From NCBI GenBank assembly GCA_010093705.1, contig MU006089.1:1180455-1244454 (forward strand): 64,000 bases of DNA, in the 5' to 3' direction. The position numbers were made by a program, and so were the translations under genes. The notes beneath the pieces were generated by a model, which saw nothing but the letters and a program-made list of their open reading frames with translations, searched no databases and was not told the DNA's origin. The stretch comes from Patellaria atrata CBS 101060 (lineage: Eukaryota). This document shows, piece after piece, positions 11,852 through 25,257 of the stretch (position 1 is its first letter; each line of letters starts with the position of its first letter).

Positions 11852-13447
11852 ATGAGAGGCATACGAGGAATTTCCGCGGCCATTATGGCCATGGCGGTCA
11901 TGATCCTCTTCTACAAAATAACCCAATACCCAGCTCCCACCAGTCCATTACCACCACCCAAACCCGCGTCTGGGAAGATATCTCCTCCCAAATCGAGTCC
12001 ATCTACGTCAACCAAAGCGAAGCGTCCTCCGAAGGTCCCTGAACCTACCAAACCTGTCACTTCGCCCGTCATATATCGCAAACCAGATAGCCCGTTGGCA
12101 CATAATGAAGATCTAGTCCCCATGCCTGGGACGGTAGGAGATTTGGATGTGCCACTGGAGTATTTTCTGACAACGAAGGATGATGAGTGGTGCGAGAATG
12201 CATACGGTCTATCATATTTGAGAAATGGTGCTAGCTCGCGCAAGGAATACTGTGAAGAAGGCTCCAGCTCGGGTCTGACATGTTTCCACAACCAGATATG
12301 CCCTGAATGCGACGACAATTTTTGCGTCGCTAGAAACGTCGCTTTCGATGTGAATGCTGAGAAACACTTCAGTCTTGACTGTAAGCTGAAAGATTGGGGC
12401 GATAAAATAGATGCTCCCACCAATATTATCAATTTCAGGAAATACATGTTCGAGACCGGGCCGAAAGAGACGTTTAGGTCCTTCATCAAGAATATTACGC
12501 ACCCGGCTCAGGGACAACTGGAAGCAGCTAAAAAGTCCTGCGCGAGTCATCAAAGGAAGAAGGAATACACCATCCTTTTCAAGCGTGACGGCACAAACGA
12601 GAAAGGCTCTCATCCCTGGCACGGTCTCATGGAGCTCTTCTCCCTCTATCTAACCATAGACATCCTCCGCAGCGGCTCCAACCCGGAATTCGGCGAAGTC
12701 GATTTCGACAACACGCAAGTCGTCCTTCTCGACCCCTTCCCCGACGGCCTCTTCTACAGTCTCTGGGGCATGTTCGCCAAAAAGCCCATCATCCACCTCT
12801 CCGAGTTCACGAAGCAAATCGCCTCGGGCGAAAAATGCCTCGACAACGTCATCCTCCCCCTTCCCGGCGCGGCAAACCCGATGTGGAAAGGGGACTGGAG
12901 ACCGAAGCCCTGCACGCACTCTGCCCTCCTCGACACCTGGGTGAACAGGCTCACGGACCACTACAACGTCTCGACCACGACGCGCGCGCCCGACGCCCCC
13001 GTCACCGTGACCTTCATCGACCGGCCCAAGCGCCGGCGCCTGCACGACCAAGACGCCCTCCTCGAGAGTCTGCGGCGCCGCTTCCCGACCGTCGAGATCC
13101 GCGCGCTCAACATGCGCGACATGGACATGCGGCAGCGGATCCAGGTCGCGGCCGAGACGGACGTCCTCGTCGGCGTCCACGGCTCCGGCCTCACGTTCAG
13201 CATGTTTCAGCCCAAGGGCAGCAGCGTCGTCGAGATCCAGCCTGAGGGCTTCAAACACTTTGGCTTCAGGAACCTCGCGAATTTGAGGCAACAGAGGTAT
13301 TTTAGGGCCCATGCGAGTTTAGATCGGGGCATGAATTGGCAGAAGACTGTTGAGGTTACGTTGGAGGAGAGGAGGTTTGAGCTGTTGATGGAGAGTGCGG
13401 TTCAGAGTGTGTTGCATAGGGGGGTTGTGCACAGTGATGTTATATGA
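11852..13447 (+). CDS. Glycosyltransferase family 61 (EOGT-like) type II membrane protein
   Basis: 531-aa ORF with N-terminal TM anchor, Pro-rich stem, 'HPWHGLMEL', 'FIDR..RR', 'QIQ-like...TDVLVGVHGSGLT', 'VVEI', 'GFRNLA'. Confidence 0.88.
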   Translation: MRGIRGISAAIMAMAVMILFYKITQYPAPTSPLPPPKPASGKISPPKSSPSTSTKAKRPPKVPEPTKPVTSPVIYRKPDSPLAHNEDLVPMPGTVGDLDVPLEYFLTTKDDEWCENAYGLSYLRNGASSRKEYCEEGSSSGLTCFHNQICPECDDNFCVARNVAFDVNAEKHFSLDCKLKDWGDKIDAPTNIINFRKYMFETGPKETFRSFIKNITHPAQGQLEAAKKSCASHQRKKEYTILFKRDGTNEKGSHPWHGLMELFSLYLTIDILRSGSNPEFGEVDFDNTQVVLLDPFPDGLFYSLWGMFAKKPIIHLSEFTKQIASGEKCLDNVILPLPGAANPMWKGDWRPKPCTHSALLDTWVNRLTDHYNVSTTTRAPDAPVTVTFIDRPKRRRLHDQDALLESLRRRFPTVEIRALNMRDMDMRQRIQVAAETDVLVGVHGSGLTFSMFQPKGSSVVEIQPEGFKHFGFRNLANLRQQRYFRAHASLDRGMNWQKTVEVTLEERRFELLMESAVQSVLHRGVVHSDVI

Positions 13448-13517
13448 TCTCTAGATAGGTGGGATTTGGGGTCGTGTGAAGGAAGGGTCGGCTCGTGAGA
13501 TTTTTTGTTATCTTCTG

Positions 13518-13617
13518 NNNNNNNNNNNNNNNNNNNNNNNNNNNNNNNNNNNNNNNNNNNNNNNNNNNNNNNNNNNNNNNNNNNNNNNNNNNNNNNNNNN
13601 NNNNNNNNNNNNNNNNN
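13518..13617. other. Assembly gap (100 N)
   Basis: Run of exactly 100 N, typical of a placeholder gap of unknown true size. Confidence 0.99.
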
Positions 13618-14339
13618 TTGATAGGGGTTCGGGCTAACGCTTTTGTATGAAGATGGCGTTTTGTCGGGGTTAATAGATGTTTTTTTTCTGTATAGTTTCG
13701 TTCTGGAAGGGAGGCTTTTGGTTGGGTATGTAGATGTATGAAGGTTGGGGAAATACGGGACGGTAAAATACTTTTTCAATTCTACTTTTGTTCGTTGGGT
13801 CAAGAATGTTTGCTGAGACTGAGACGGGGGATGTTGTCGATCCCCTGCTTTTAGAACCAGACCCGCGAGTTCTTCTCTGTCCTCTCTGATTTTGATACCT
13901 GTATTATGGGTCCGGACGGTTGTTATTCCCAAAACAAAACGTAGGATTCAATCACCTCATGCCCGTCCGGGAGGGGCTTACGGGGCCAGGTCGTGCCATT
14001 AAGACGTCCCGATAATCCATGAGAGACGGGCGCGCAAATCTCGAGACGCCATGGCCAGCTACTCGAACCGTACTGTACGGCCCAGCATAGTACAGCCCAG
14101 TGCAAAACGCAAGACAAGAGACCAGACACAGAACGCCCTGATACCTACATATGGCAGACGAATCACCGAGACGCGTCGTTTATGTGAAGAGAAACCCCCC
14201 TCCCCCGTTTTCTGATCTTCAGGAAGACCCCCACCTCCCCCATGTATCCACGAAGGAAATCTAAAATCTAGAAGGGCCTATAGAAGGAGTGCTGAGAGGA
14301 GCGGATACCCTCTTCAGCTGTCTTGTTTTTGCGTGATGC

Positions 14340-14363
14340 GGGTTAGGGGTAGGGGTTAGGGGG
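14340..14363 (+). repeat. Degenerate telomere-like TTAGGG array, G-quadruplex motif
   Basis: GGG TTA GGGG TA GGGG TTA GGGGG. Confidence 0.7.
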
Positions 14364-14871
14364 TCGGTGATGCGCAAAGTCGTGTGAGTGCTGGATTGGG
14401 GGGTTGGGCTTAAGAAGTTTGTTTGGCTTGAGGATTAGGGATAGTTGGGTGCTAGGAAGTTGTCCTTTGAGGTTTTGACTATCTGAAAGCACAAGCAGGA
14501 AATTTCATGGATATCACATGGATTCTTTATTAAGGATATGTTACCATCATTATCACCGCCAGATACAACTTTATACCACCGTCCTCATAAGGAAAACGCC
14601 AAATTTCAACCCTACGGAAAAGGGGTGTACCGTATTACGACCGAAACTCGCGCAAAGTCGACAAGTAGTCTTTAGAGTATAGAGTTTAAACGGCAATCGG
14701 CGGCGCAAACGCAGACGACAGACGTCTAAACAGGCCCGGCGGGTGCGGATACAGCACCCTGCAGTCTGCAGGTTCGATCTCCATCTCGGTCCTGTAGTCT
14801 ATTAGTCTCACTCAAACCTCAACCTCAACCTCACCCCCTGAATCTCAAACCGGAGGGGGAGAGGGGGAGAC

Positions 14872-15897
14872 TTACGAAGCCATCTGATGCAACGAACCCC
14901 TCTCATTCTTAAAATACGACTCCAGCTCCGTGGTAGACGTCATATCGAACGGGTCGATCAGATCTTCCACGGCGGCGGGGGTAGGTGGGATGGGCGCGAG
15001 CTGCGTGTGCGTTATCCCGACGGACGTGTGCGGGATGCGCGTCGGACAGGCTGCTGAGACCGAGGCGCGCAGGGCGGAGAGGGACGGCACGCTGCTGATG
15101 CTGTTGGCGCGGGAGGGGCGGGGACCCGGGGATGGTGCCGTCTGGGGTTGCGGCGTTGGGACCGCAGACGGGGTGTGCGAGAGCACGGTCGAGAAGCGGC
15201 GGAAGATTTGGCTGGGGGTCGAGGCGATGGAGCTCGCGCGGCTGCGCTCGTGGTCGAATATGCTCCCCGCGCTTCTGCTTCCGCTGTTCATGAGGCTGAA
15301 GACGCCCCGGAGCGCGCTGATGGCTGCGTCGGCGGCGGACTGGACCGTGTTCCAGGCGTACTCGAGGTGGATGAAGTCGTCCATGTAGCTCTCTATGCTG
15401 GCAAGGTGGACGAGGCAGACCTCGACGGCGTCGACGACGATGGTGGCGCCGGTGATCCAGGCGTTGGCGATGTCTTCTCTGCAGTGCGCCGGTTGCTGCT
15501 CGATGAGGGCGACGACCGAGTTGGCCATCTTGTCGATCGCGTGGTCGGCCGTTTCGCGCTGCTGCGAGATGTCGACACGGAGACGGCCTTTGCGGGACTC
15601 GATGTCGGCGTCGCTCATCATGCCGGCTTTGGCGCTGTCGTACACACTCTTGAAGGCGTCTTGGTGCGTGTATGCAATACCCGCGTTCAGGTTGTCGAGG
15701 GTCGAGAGGACCATGTCCGCGTCATCTCCTAGGGAGGCATTGAGGGTTGCGACATGGTCTGCGCCCTCGAGGAATGTGTAGGCTTGGAGTGTCTTGAAGA
15801 ATGTAAAGTTGCCGGTTCTGCGGGCGGCGTGTAAGTTATGGCGTATGAGCGCAACTCGCTGGGTCCAATGGAGCTTTCTCTCGAATGGGACGACCAT
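14872..15897 (-). CDS. Hypothetical protein (341 aa; helical N-half, Ser/Pro-rich C-tail) with a 5'UTR intron
   Basis: Long GC3-rich ORF with good ACCATGG start context. Intron 15971-15910 (GTATGT..ACTAAC..CAG) lies just upstream of the ATG. TATAAA near 16095-16100. Confidence 0.8.
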   Translation of the reverse strand: MVVPFERKLHWTQRVALIRHNLHAARRTGNFTFFKTLQAYTFLEGADHVATLNASLGDDADMVLSTLDNLNAGIAYTHQDAFKSVYDSAKAGMMSDADIESRKGRLRVDISQQRETADHAIDKMANSVVALIEQQPAHCREDIANAWITGATIVVDAVEVCLVHLASIESYMDDFIHLEYAWNTVQSAADAAISALRGVFSLMNSGSRSAGSIFDHERSRASSIASTPSQIFRRFSTVLSHTPSAVPTPQPQTAPSPGPRPSRANSISSVPSLSALRASVSAACPTRIPHTSVGITHTQLAPIPPTPAAVEDLIDPFDMTSTTELESYFKNERGSLHQMAS

Positions 15898-17879
15898 GGT
15901 TTTCAGTCACTGTTTGTTGTTAGTCAAGATGCTCAACTATGAACAAAGAATGGTTGGTATGCTCAACATACGGGCGAGAGAAATTGGAGGTGAAACGAAC
16001 CTATAGTAGGTGAATACTTTTCGAATTTTTCGATCTTGAATATTTCACATCAGATATACGAGATTCTGAATGGATTGCGTAATGCTCGACGAGCTTTATA
16101 CTTTTCATCTCGTCTCCTGCCCGTTCAATTCCCCCTTTCCCTTGTTTTGCTCTTTGCTCCAACATGACATAGATGTCTCATAGGAGAAACCGATGTGACA
16201 AGAACTCGGGTCGAGTAATACTCATAAGTTATGATATGTACTTGAACCAGATATTGGGGGATGAAGGTGTTGAGCTGATCGCAGACTTGCAAACTCTACT
16301 CGAGGGATCTGTCTCAAACTACGGCGCCATGTGCCTTTGTTCTTTGACGGCATTTTCCGTTGAATCTTTCCCCAAAACTGACTTTGAGTAGTTTCGATTT
16401 AGTCTAGGCTTATGACATGGTGATCTAGACCCTTTCGCATTGGTTATAAATATACTTGGTTACACTTTTTCAGATTCATCAGGATGAGACAGTTCTCGAA
16501 ACCTTTCAAAGAGCAACATGAGCCGAATCATGACATAAAGGGCAAAGATTCAACATGGACTAACAAGGTAAGTGGCAGAAAGATGGTAGTAAACAAGGAA
16601 AGTGTAAGATGAAGAACTTAGATATGGGATAGTCGATGGGTGCGATCTGTAACGATTGTTACTAGCCCGACGCGTCCCGTCTTATCATATTTTCATTGTG
16701 GTAATCGGGCCTTATACTTACCCGGAGAATATCTGGACGAGGACGGACATCAAAACTTATCTGCGTTCGTGCTGTTGCCGACGGATATCTCCATAAAGCA
16801 GTTCTGAGACGATATCTTGTATGACTACGTAATGACTAATTTGGTTATCTCGAAGTGACAATAGCATCCGCGATCCTAATGGAGTAGAATTCTGAAAACG
16901 GAGAAGAAGCAGTCATTGTGGATCTCAATCCACCAGATCGTAGTACCTTAAAACGTTCAAAATAGCATGTCGGTCATGATACATCATCACCCATACAGCT
17001 GTGCATAAGAAGCACCTCTAAGTGTGCTATATTGGACGCTATGAAAATGTTAAACCACCTTTTAGATAGAGAGAGTTTATTATAGGATGACGCTTTTGAA
17101 ACGCAATTGAACGCTGTATTTTATTATGTGTTTTGTGTTTATTGTGAATGCTTAAGGACCATAGGAGTTAATGGCAAAGAAGAAGAGCAATTCTAGAACA
17201 CATCAAGAAAAAGCATAAAGGATATTGTACTGCGGTAAGAAGGGAAGTTATTTGATAATGAGTTGACAAAAGATGAAGTGAGATTTGAGAGAGAAATACA
17301 AATCATACCAAACCTTTTTGGGAGTAATTATAAAACATGTGAACGCTTACCTTGATAGGAAGGTCTGCTAGGGGCGAAGAAAAGGCGGAGAACGGCCAAG
17401 TGGAGTCCAAGCTTCCAAGAACAACGTCAGAAATGAACGGAGATGGGGATGCCTCAATTACTAAGTTATAGATGTATCTTTCCTGAGGTGCTGGCATCGG
17501 GATAACTTCATGTAGTTCTATAGATGAGACTACATGAACCTTTAGAACCAGTTCTACAGTATGATAGTAGAACACAAGCAACGAACGCCTGTTACGCGAT
17601 TGAATATCTTCCTTACTTAGTGTAACGGCTAGGATGCCATGCTATTATTGCTTGATTCGATTTGCGGGCAGGTTGAGAAGAGGAGTGCCGTAGGATCAGC
17701 TATCTTTGCCTTCTTGACGTACCAATATCATTGCCATGCAATAATCCACCTCTTGGGACTTGTGTAAGGACGGGCGAGAACGATAAGCATCAGGACCAAG
17801 ATGCTTTAAATCGCTCTTACATCCCATATAGCTTCTGATAGTCTTCATCATTGCTTTCTTCGCCTCGACTTGCGTGAAC

Positions 17880-19754
17880 ATGTCGAAAGAATTCGGCTCG
17901 GAGAAGATCGCAACCGATGACACCCCTCTTCCGAACTATGATGCGGACCGAAAGGCATCGACAGCATCCCATGGAGCAACCCGCCGCAAGAGATCTGCGG
18001 TCACTCCAGAGCTACTCAGCGGTGAACTCTTTGACAGCCGATATGAAACGACGCATCGTGGGCTCAAATCTCGACATGCGCAAATGATAGCTCTCGGTGG
18101 TACGATTGGTACTGGGCTCTTTGTCGGAACAGGTCTAACTTTATCAAGAGGAGGACCAGCCTTTATCTTGGGCTCCTATATCTTTATATCGTTTCTCATT
18201 CTCTGTGTTGTGACGAGCATGGTAGAAGGTAAGAAGATTTTCTGTTCCGTGTAGCTGCGAGGCTAGGAGCAATGGCTATCAGTCGGGGCCACTATTTAGT
18301 CCCTTAGAAAGGGAGTTCAAGAGTCAATGCGGTAGAAGATCATTCCCATATAACCGCCCTTTGAATGGACACCAGCTAACTGTGGATGTTCAGTCGCGGC
18401 ATATCTACCTACTCCCGGCAGCTCTATGAACCTTTTCGGCTTCCGCTATGTATCCCGGTCACTTGGTTTCTCACTCGGTTGGCTCTACTGGTACTCCCTA
18501 GGTATCCTTGTCCCCTATGAAATCACTGCCGCTGCACTGGTTATCGAGTACTGGAGCCCCCCTGTTCACATCGCTGTCTGGATCTCCATCATGATCGTGG
18601 TCATCGTCGGATTGAACGCCCTTCCCGTCGGTTTCTACGGAGAAACCGAATTCTGGTTCGCCTCCACCAAGGTTATCATGATGATCGGAATCCTCATGGT
18701 ATCTTTCATCCTGTTCTGGGGCGGTGGTCCCAATCGGGACAGACTGGGCTTCCGGTTCTGGGAGGATCCAGGGGCAGCAAACACCTATCTTGCCGGCGGC
18801 GACCTAGGAAGATTCCTCGCGCTACTCTCCACATTGGTGCTCTCATCCTTCCCCTTCGCCTTTGCACCAGAGCTCCTCGTCGTGACAGGCGGCGAGATGA
18901 AGTCACCCCGCCGCAACCTCCCCATCGCAGCGCGCAGATACATCTTCCGCCTCCTCTTCTTCTACATCTTCAGCGTCCTCGCCGCCGGCGTCATCTGCCC
19001 CTCCAACGACCCCAACATCACCGGTGCGGGCGGTGCAGGCGCCGGTTCCTCCCCCTTCGTCATAGGGATCAAGAACGCCGGCATCCCGGTCCTCGACAGC
19101 ATCATTAACGGCGGCATCATAATCAGCGCCTGGTCCTCGGGCAACTCCTTCCTCTACCTCTCCTCGCGCTCCCTCTACTCCCTCGCCCTCTCCGGCAACG
19201 CGCCCTCCATCTTCAAAGCCTGCACCAAGCACGGCGTCCCCTACTACGCCGTAGGCGTGTCTTCCCTCTTCACCCTGCTCGCCTACCTGAACGTCGGCTC
19301 CAACAGCTCCGTCGTCTTCAACTGGTTCGTCAACCTCACCACCACCAGCGCCTACATCTCCTGGGTCTGCTGCGGAATCATCTACCTGCGCTTCCGCCGC
19401 GCCCTTCGCGTCCAGTCCGTCCCCTTCGACTCCCTTCCCTACCGCAGCATCCTCCAGCCCTGGGGCTCTTATCTCGTCATCATCGGCTTCGGCTTCCTCT
19501 GCATCATCAACGGCTTCAATGTCTTCTGGCCGCAGAACTGGTCTGCGAGCAGCTTCCTCACCGCGTATATAGGCATTCCGATCTTCTTGGCCATCTATGG
19601 CGGTCATAGGGTCTACAGCTGGAGCGATCCGTGGGCGCATCCGAGCGATGAGGTTGATTTGAGGACAGGTATGGCGGAGGTGTTGGCGAGTGAAACGCCG
19701 CCAAAGGGAAGGCCGAACGTGTGGTGGAAGTATCCGAGTTTGTTGTGGCAGTGA
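17880..19754 (+). CDS. Amino-acid permease (YAT/APC family, proline-permease-like)
   Basis: '[24 protein letters not shown]', '[12 protein letters not shown]', 'GEMKSPRRN', 'SSPFVI', 'SRSLYSLA'. Intron 18229-18393. Confidence 0.95.
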
Positions 19755-20404
19755 AAAGATAAAGAGTTGGAGATTGGAAATGGAGTTGTAAGTCGGGATA
19801 TCACGGGGTTTGTATCTGGATACGGCACCTTTGTAATTATATACTTCCTACTATATTAGAGTATTGGTATCACACGTATGCACCACAGCCAGCCCAGCAG
19901 GAATTGACACTATGAGAGATCGCTCCGTTCGTCAGATACGGCTTCAAGATAAAGTAGAACCATATCGAGTAGCATACAGTATCATTCACGGATACTATAT
20001 TGTATTATTTGGGTGTTAATCCTCGATCCATACTCAACCCCTATTCCCAATCAATGACTGTACTCCTGGAACACCAGTCGAAACTGAAATCCTCTTTCCC
20101 ACATTGAAAATACCTCGAGCACCAAACCAGATGCATATCCCCCGTACTTGAAGGAGCGTATTGTACAAAGTACACACTTGCAAACCGGTAGACTCAAACG
20201 CAGCGATATCCATATCCACCATAAAAGGTGGTGCGTCCTCTCAAAACGCCTACAGCACCTATTACCGGGGTTGTTGTTCTACCTTTAGCTGACTGGCCGT
20301 TGCGCCTGCTTTTGCCATTTGGTGTTGAGATAAAAAGAGAGTAGTGGCCTCTTCCCTATCGTATCTTCTTGTGCATATACTCATCTCGTGGTCTTTTCTC
20401 TTCG

Positions 20405-22563
<2,159 letters not shown>

Positions 22564-23321
22564 TGAAAAGTTGTCGCACAAAACTGAAATAGGCCAAGCT
22601 TAGGTGGGCATGGTCACTTCGAAGTAAGATACGTGGACTGAGATACAGGCGGACAGAAAGACGAAAAGGAATGTAGAGTGGAGGAATTGACGCGATGAGA
22701 GATATTTGGTTTGCTAGAGTTTGTTAACGGCGGGCAGGGCGCATATATTGAGGTTCGCGTCTCTTCTAGCTCGAGGATCGAAGTTTTGGTACTTGGAGCT
22801 CCTGGGTTAAACTCGGTAAAATAAAGTACAGTAGTTTTTACAATCGATGGCAGCCTGGACTGGGCTTGGGCAAAGTGGCGACAAGGCAACTGTCGCACTT
22901 CAGTACAGAAGAACAACTTTTGTACCGTATTGAGGTGCAAAGTTGCTTCTAGTCTTCCCCTTCTAGACGCATTACATACCCATGTATACTGTAGTATTGG
23001 TTGCATCACGCTAATTTTTATCACTTCTTCCCCTCGGAATGATGCGGGATAGAACTACACGTGCGTGACGTGGAAGTAATTCCGAACTCTATCCTACCGT
23101 ACTTTCTTTAACGGACAATCTTGTATCTCATCTTAGTTAATATATTACTACTTATAAGGTAAATGATCGTCTTAGTGTCCAATATATTGTAGTCTTTGCT
23201 TGACTGCGATCCAATAGATCTTGGGGGTTTTCAAATCAATTTTATTAGCACACGATATCCCAAGCATCCTGTACCTTACTGCAGGACTTGCAAATAAATC
23301 ATATAGCCTTAGAATAATTTC

Positions 23322-24115
23322 ATGGCCACCAATCAGCAAGCTCCAGATATCTCAAACTTCCCTTTTCTCACAGAAGATGAATTCTGTAAGTGTTGCGAGG
23401 CGCTATATAGTCGATTCCAACATGTCCAAAGCAACATAAACCAGTGGACATCTATGCGGGTAGATAGATCATCACCTGCCGGTCCATCCTTGCGCATTAC
23501 ACGCTTACTTAGAGATTCTGAGCAAATGCCAGTCTCACTGTTTGAACAGAGATGTGAGGAAGAGGAGATCGAGGAAGAACTGGACCATGTAAGATTCAGT
23601 AGATGAAAATAGTAATTCACCACTTGTTGACTATGGTAGGATGCTATGAGCCGGGATGACGGACTATACCGTGTCCCAGCCGTTGAGTATGAGATTTATC
23701 TCTCGCCTATCTACCGCGTACCAGTTCTATACCTGCGGTTAATGCATGTACCGGATACCGATTGTATGGACTTGCCATCACTGTACCGTTGGTTAGTGCC
23801 TTTGTTGTTCAAAGAGCAACTTCAAGATGTGGGCGTGCTCGGAGCCATATCGATAGCTGTACGCATGAAGTATAAGACCCTTGGAATTTGAAAACTAACC
23901 ATGCGTGGTAGAACCATCCCGCGAGCCAGGTTCCCACTAACTTCGTCCATCCATGCAATACTTCTGAAGCCATGGAGCAAGCCCTTCCACTGGCGAAGCA
24001 TAGTTCTGTGAAACCTGAAGCTTACCTGATACTATGGATGGGTATTGTTGGCGGAAGCGTTGGACTCGAGGTTCCACTTGCCATGGTATCCGAGACCGTG
24101 TGTAGTCCAGAGTGA
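23322..24115 (+). CDS. ATG10: Atg10-like E2 conjugating enzyme (3 exons)
   Basis: Introns 23589-23639 and 23859-23911 give 'EYEIYLSPIYRVPVLYL' and catalytic 'FVHPCNTSEAM', then 'YLILWMGIVGGSVGL'. Confidence 0.85.
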
Positions 24116-24161
24116 ATAATACTACACAGCAAAGTTGACGCAAAAGTCCATCGGGTGGGGT

Positions 24162-24868
24162 TTAGTCTTCATCAGACTCTTCCATTGCCTCGTCCTCGTC
24201 TACTTCCATTGGCGCATCCTCCTCATCACTTTCATCTTCTCTCCCCCGCTTAGTGCCATGCACACTCGGATCTCCCCCATTGGGTAAAGATTGGTTTTCT
24301 GGAATCTTCGCACTAGAGTCAGTCTTGGGTGGAGCCGAAGAACCTGGCGCGGCATTGAAGATAGATTTCTGGAGATCTGTGGCAACCGTAGTAGTAGGAG
24401 CATTTGTACCGGTAGAAGTCGGTGTGGGAATGTTGAATGTACCGTCCAATTTGGCAATCGTATTCGATTTGCCTTTTGCGTAGGATATCGACTACCTGAC
24501 TTTAGTATTGGTACAACAGGCAAGGGGTATGATTTCGGAAATACCATTTGTTTGCCAAAGAAATCAAACCCCTGCAGAGCACGCATCGCTTGGGTACTTG
24601 ACTGAATGTCCCGAAATACGATGTGCGCCTGGCCGCGCATCTTCATTGTCTTAAGTGCAACCACATCCAGCACAGACCCATACGTAGAGAAGAGGATGTA
24701 GAGTGACCTTCGCAGATCCGCCTTTTGCAGCTTGTCAGGAAGGTTCGTGCAATAAAGCCTATCTATTGTCAACTCTACTTTCATCTCAATGTTTGTCAGG
24801 AAGGTAAAGACCTACGTTTGGTTAGGAGGTATGGCCGAAGGCTTCCCACCGCTGGCTTTGCTCGCCAT
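24162..24868 (-). CDS. U1A/U2B'' family snRNP protein (single RRM plus acidic tail; 3 exons)
   Basis: 'PPNQTLYCTNLPDKL..DLRRSLYILFSTYGSVLDVVALKTMKMRGQAHIVF'. Introns 24815-24759 and 24544-24492. Confidence 0.92.
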
Positions 24869-25257
24869 GTTGTCGTTAGGAAACTAGGTTCCTTTGTAAG
24901 TTAACCCGACGGCGTATGTTGTAATTAGACCTTATGTTGGGAGCAATCACTTGAATTTCCCGACTGAGTCTGACTCGCAGACAAAATACGTTTTGCAAGA
25001 ATTGGTTGCAAGCAAAGTCAGAGTGAGGTTTACCAGAAAATGTAGAACTAAAATCGACAATCGGGAAATCTTGGCTTCTTGCTCCCGCAATCGCTTCCGC
25101 CCTCTCCACCCTTGTGGGATGATCCCGCCGTCCCGACTCATCAGCCATTCGTAACTCTACCTCATATTCAAGCATTATTCACCGCAGCTCAGGACAGCTC
25201 GGATTCCGACATAATTACTACCACAAGAGGCAGTAGAGAGCTACTCCTGCCGGAATT

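Noticed and set aside
13620..14870. Telomerase RNA suggested by CCCTAACCC on the minus strand
   Set aside because: No clean 1.5-repeat template (TAACCCTAA) and no recognisable pseudoknot. Not supportable by eye.
18229..18393. snoRNA in the 165-nt permease intron
   Set aside because: Only short hairpins; no box C/D pair or H/ACA architecture visible.
11911..19640. Long antisense or alternate-frame ORFs over GT61, the 341-aa gene and the permease
   Set aside because: Shadow ORFs expected from high GC3; no motifs.
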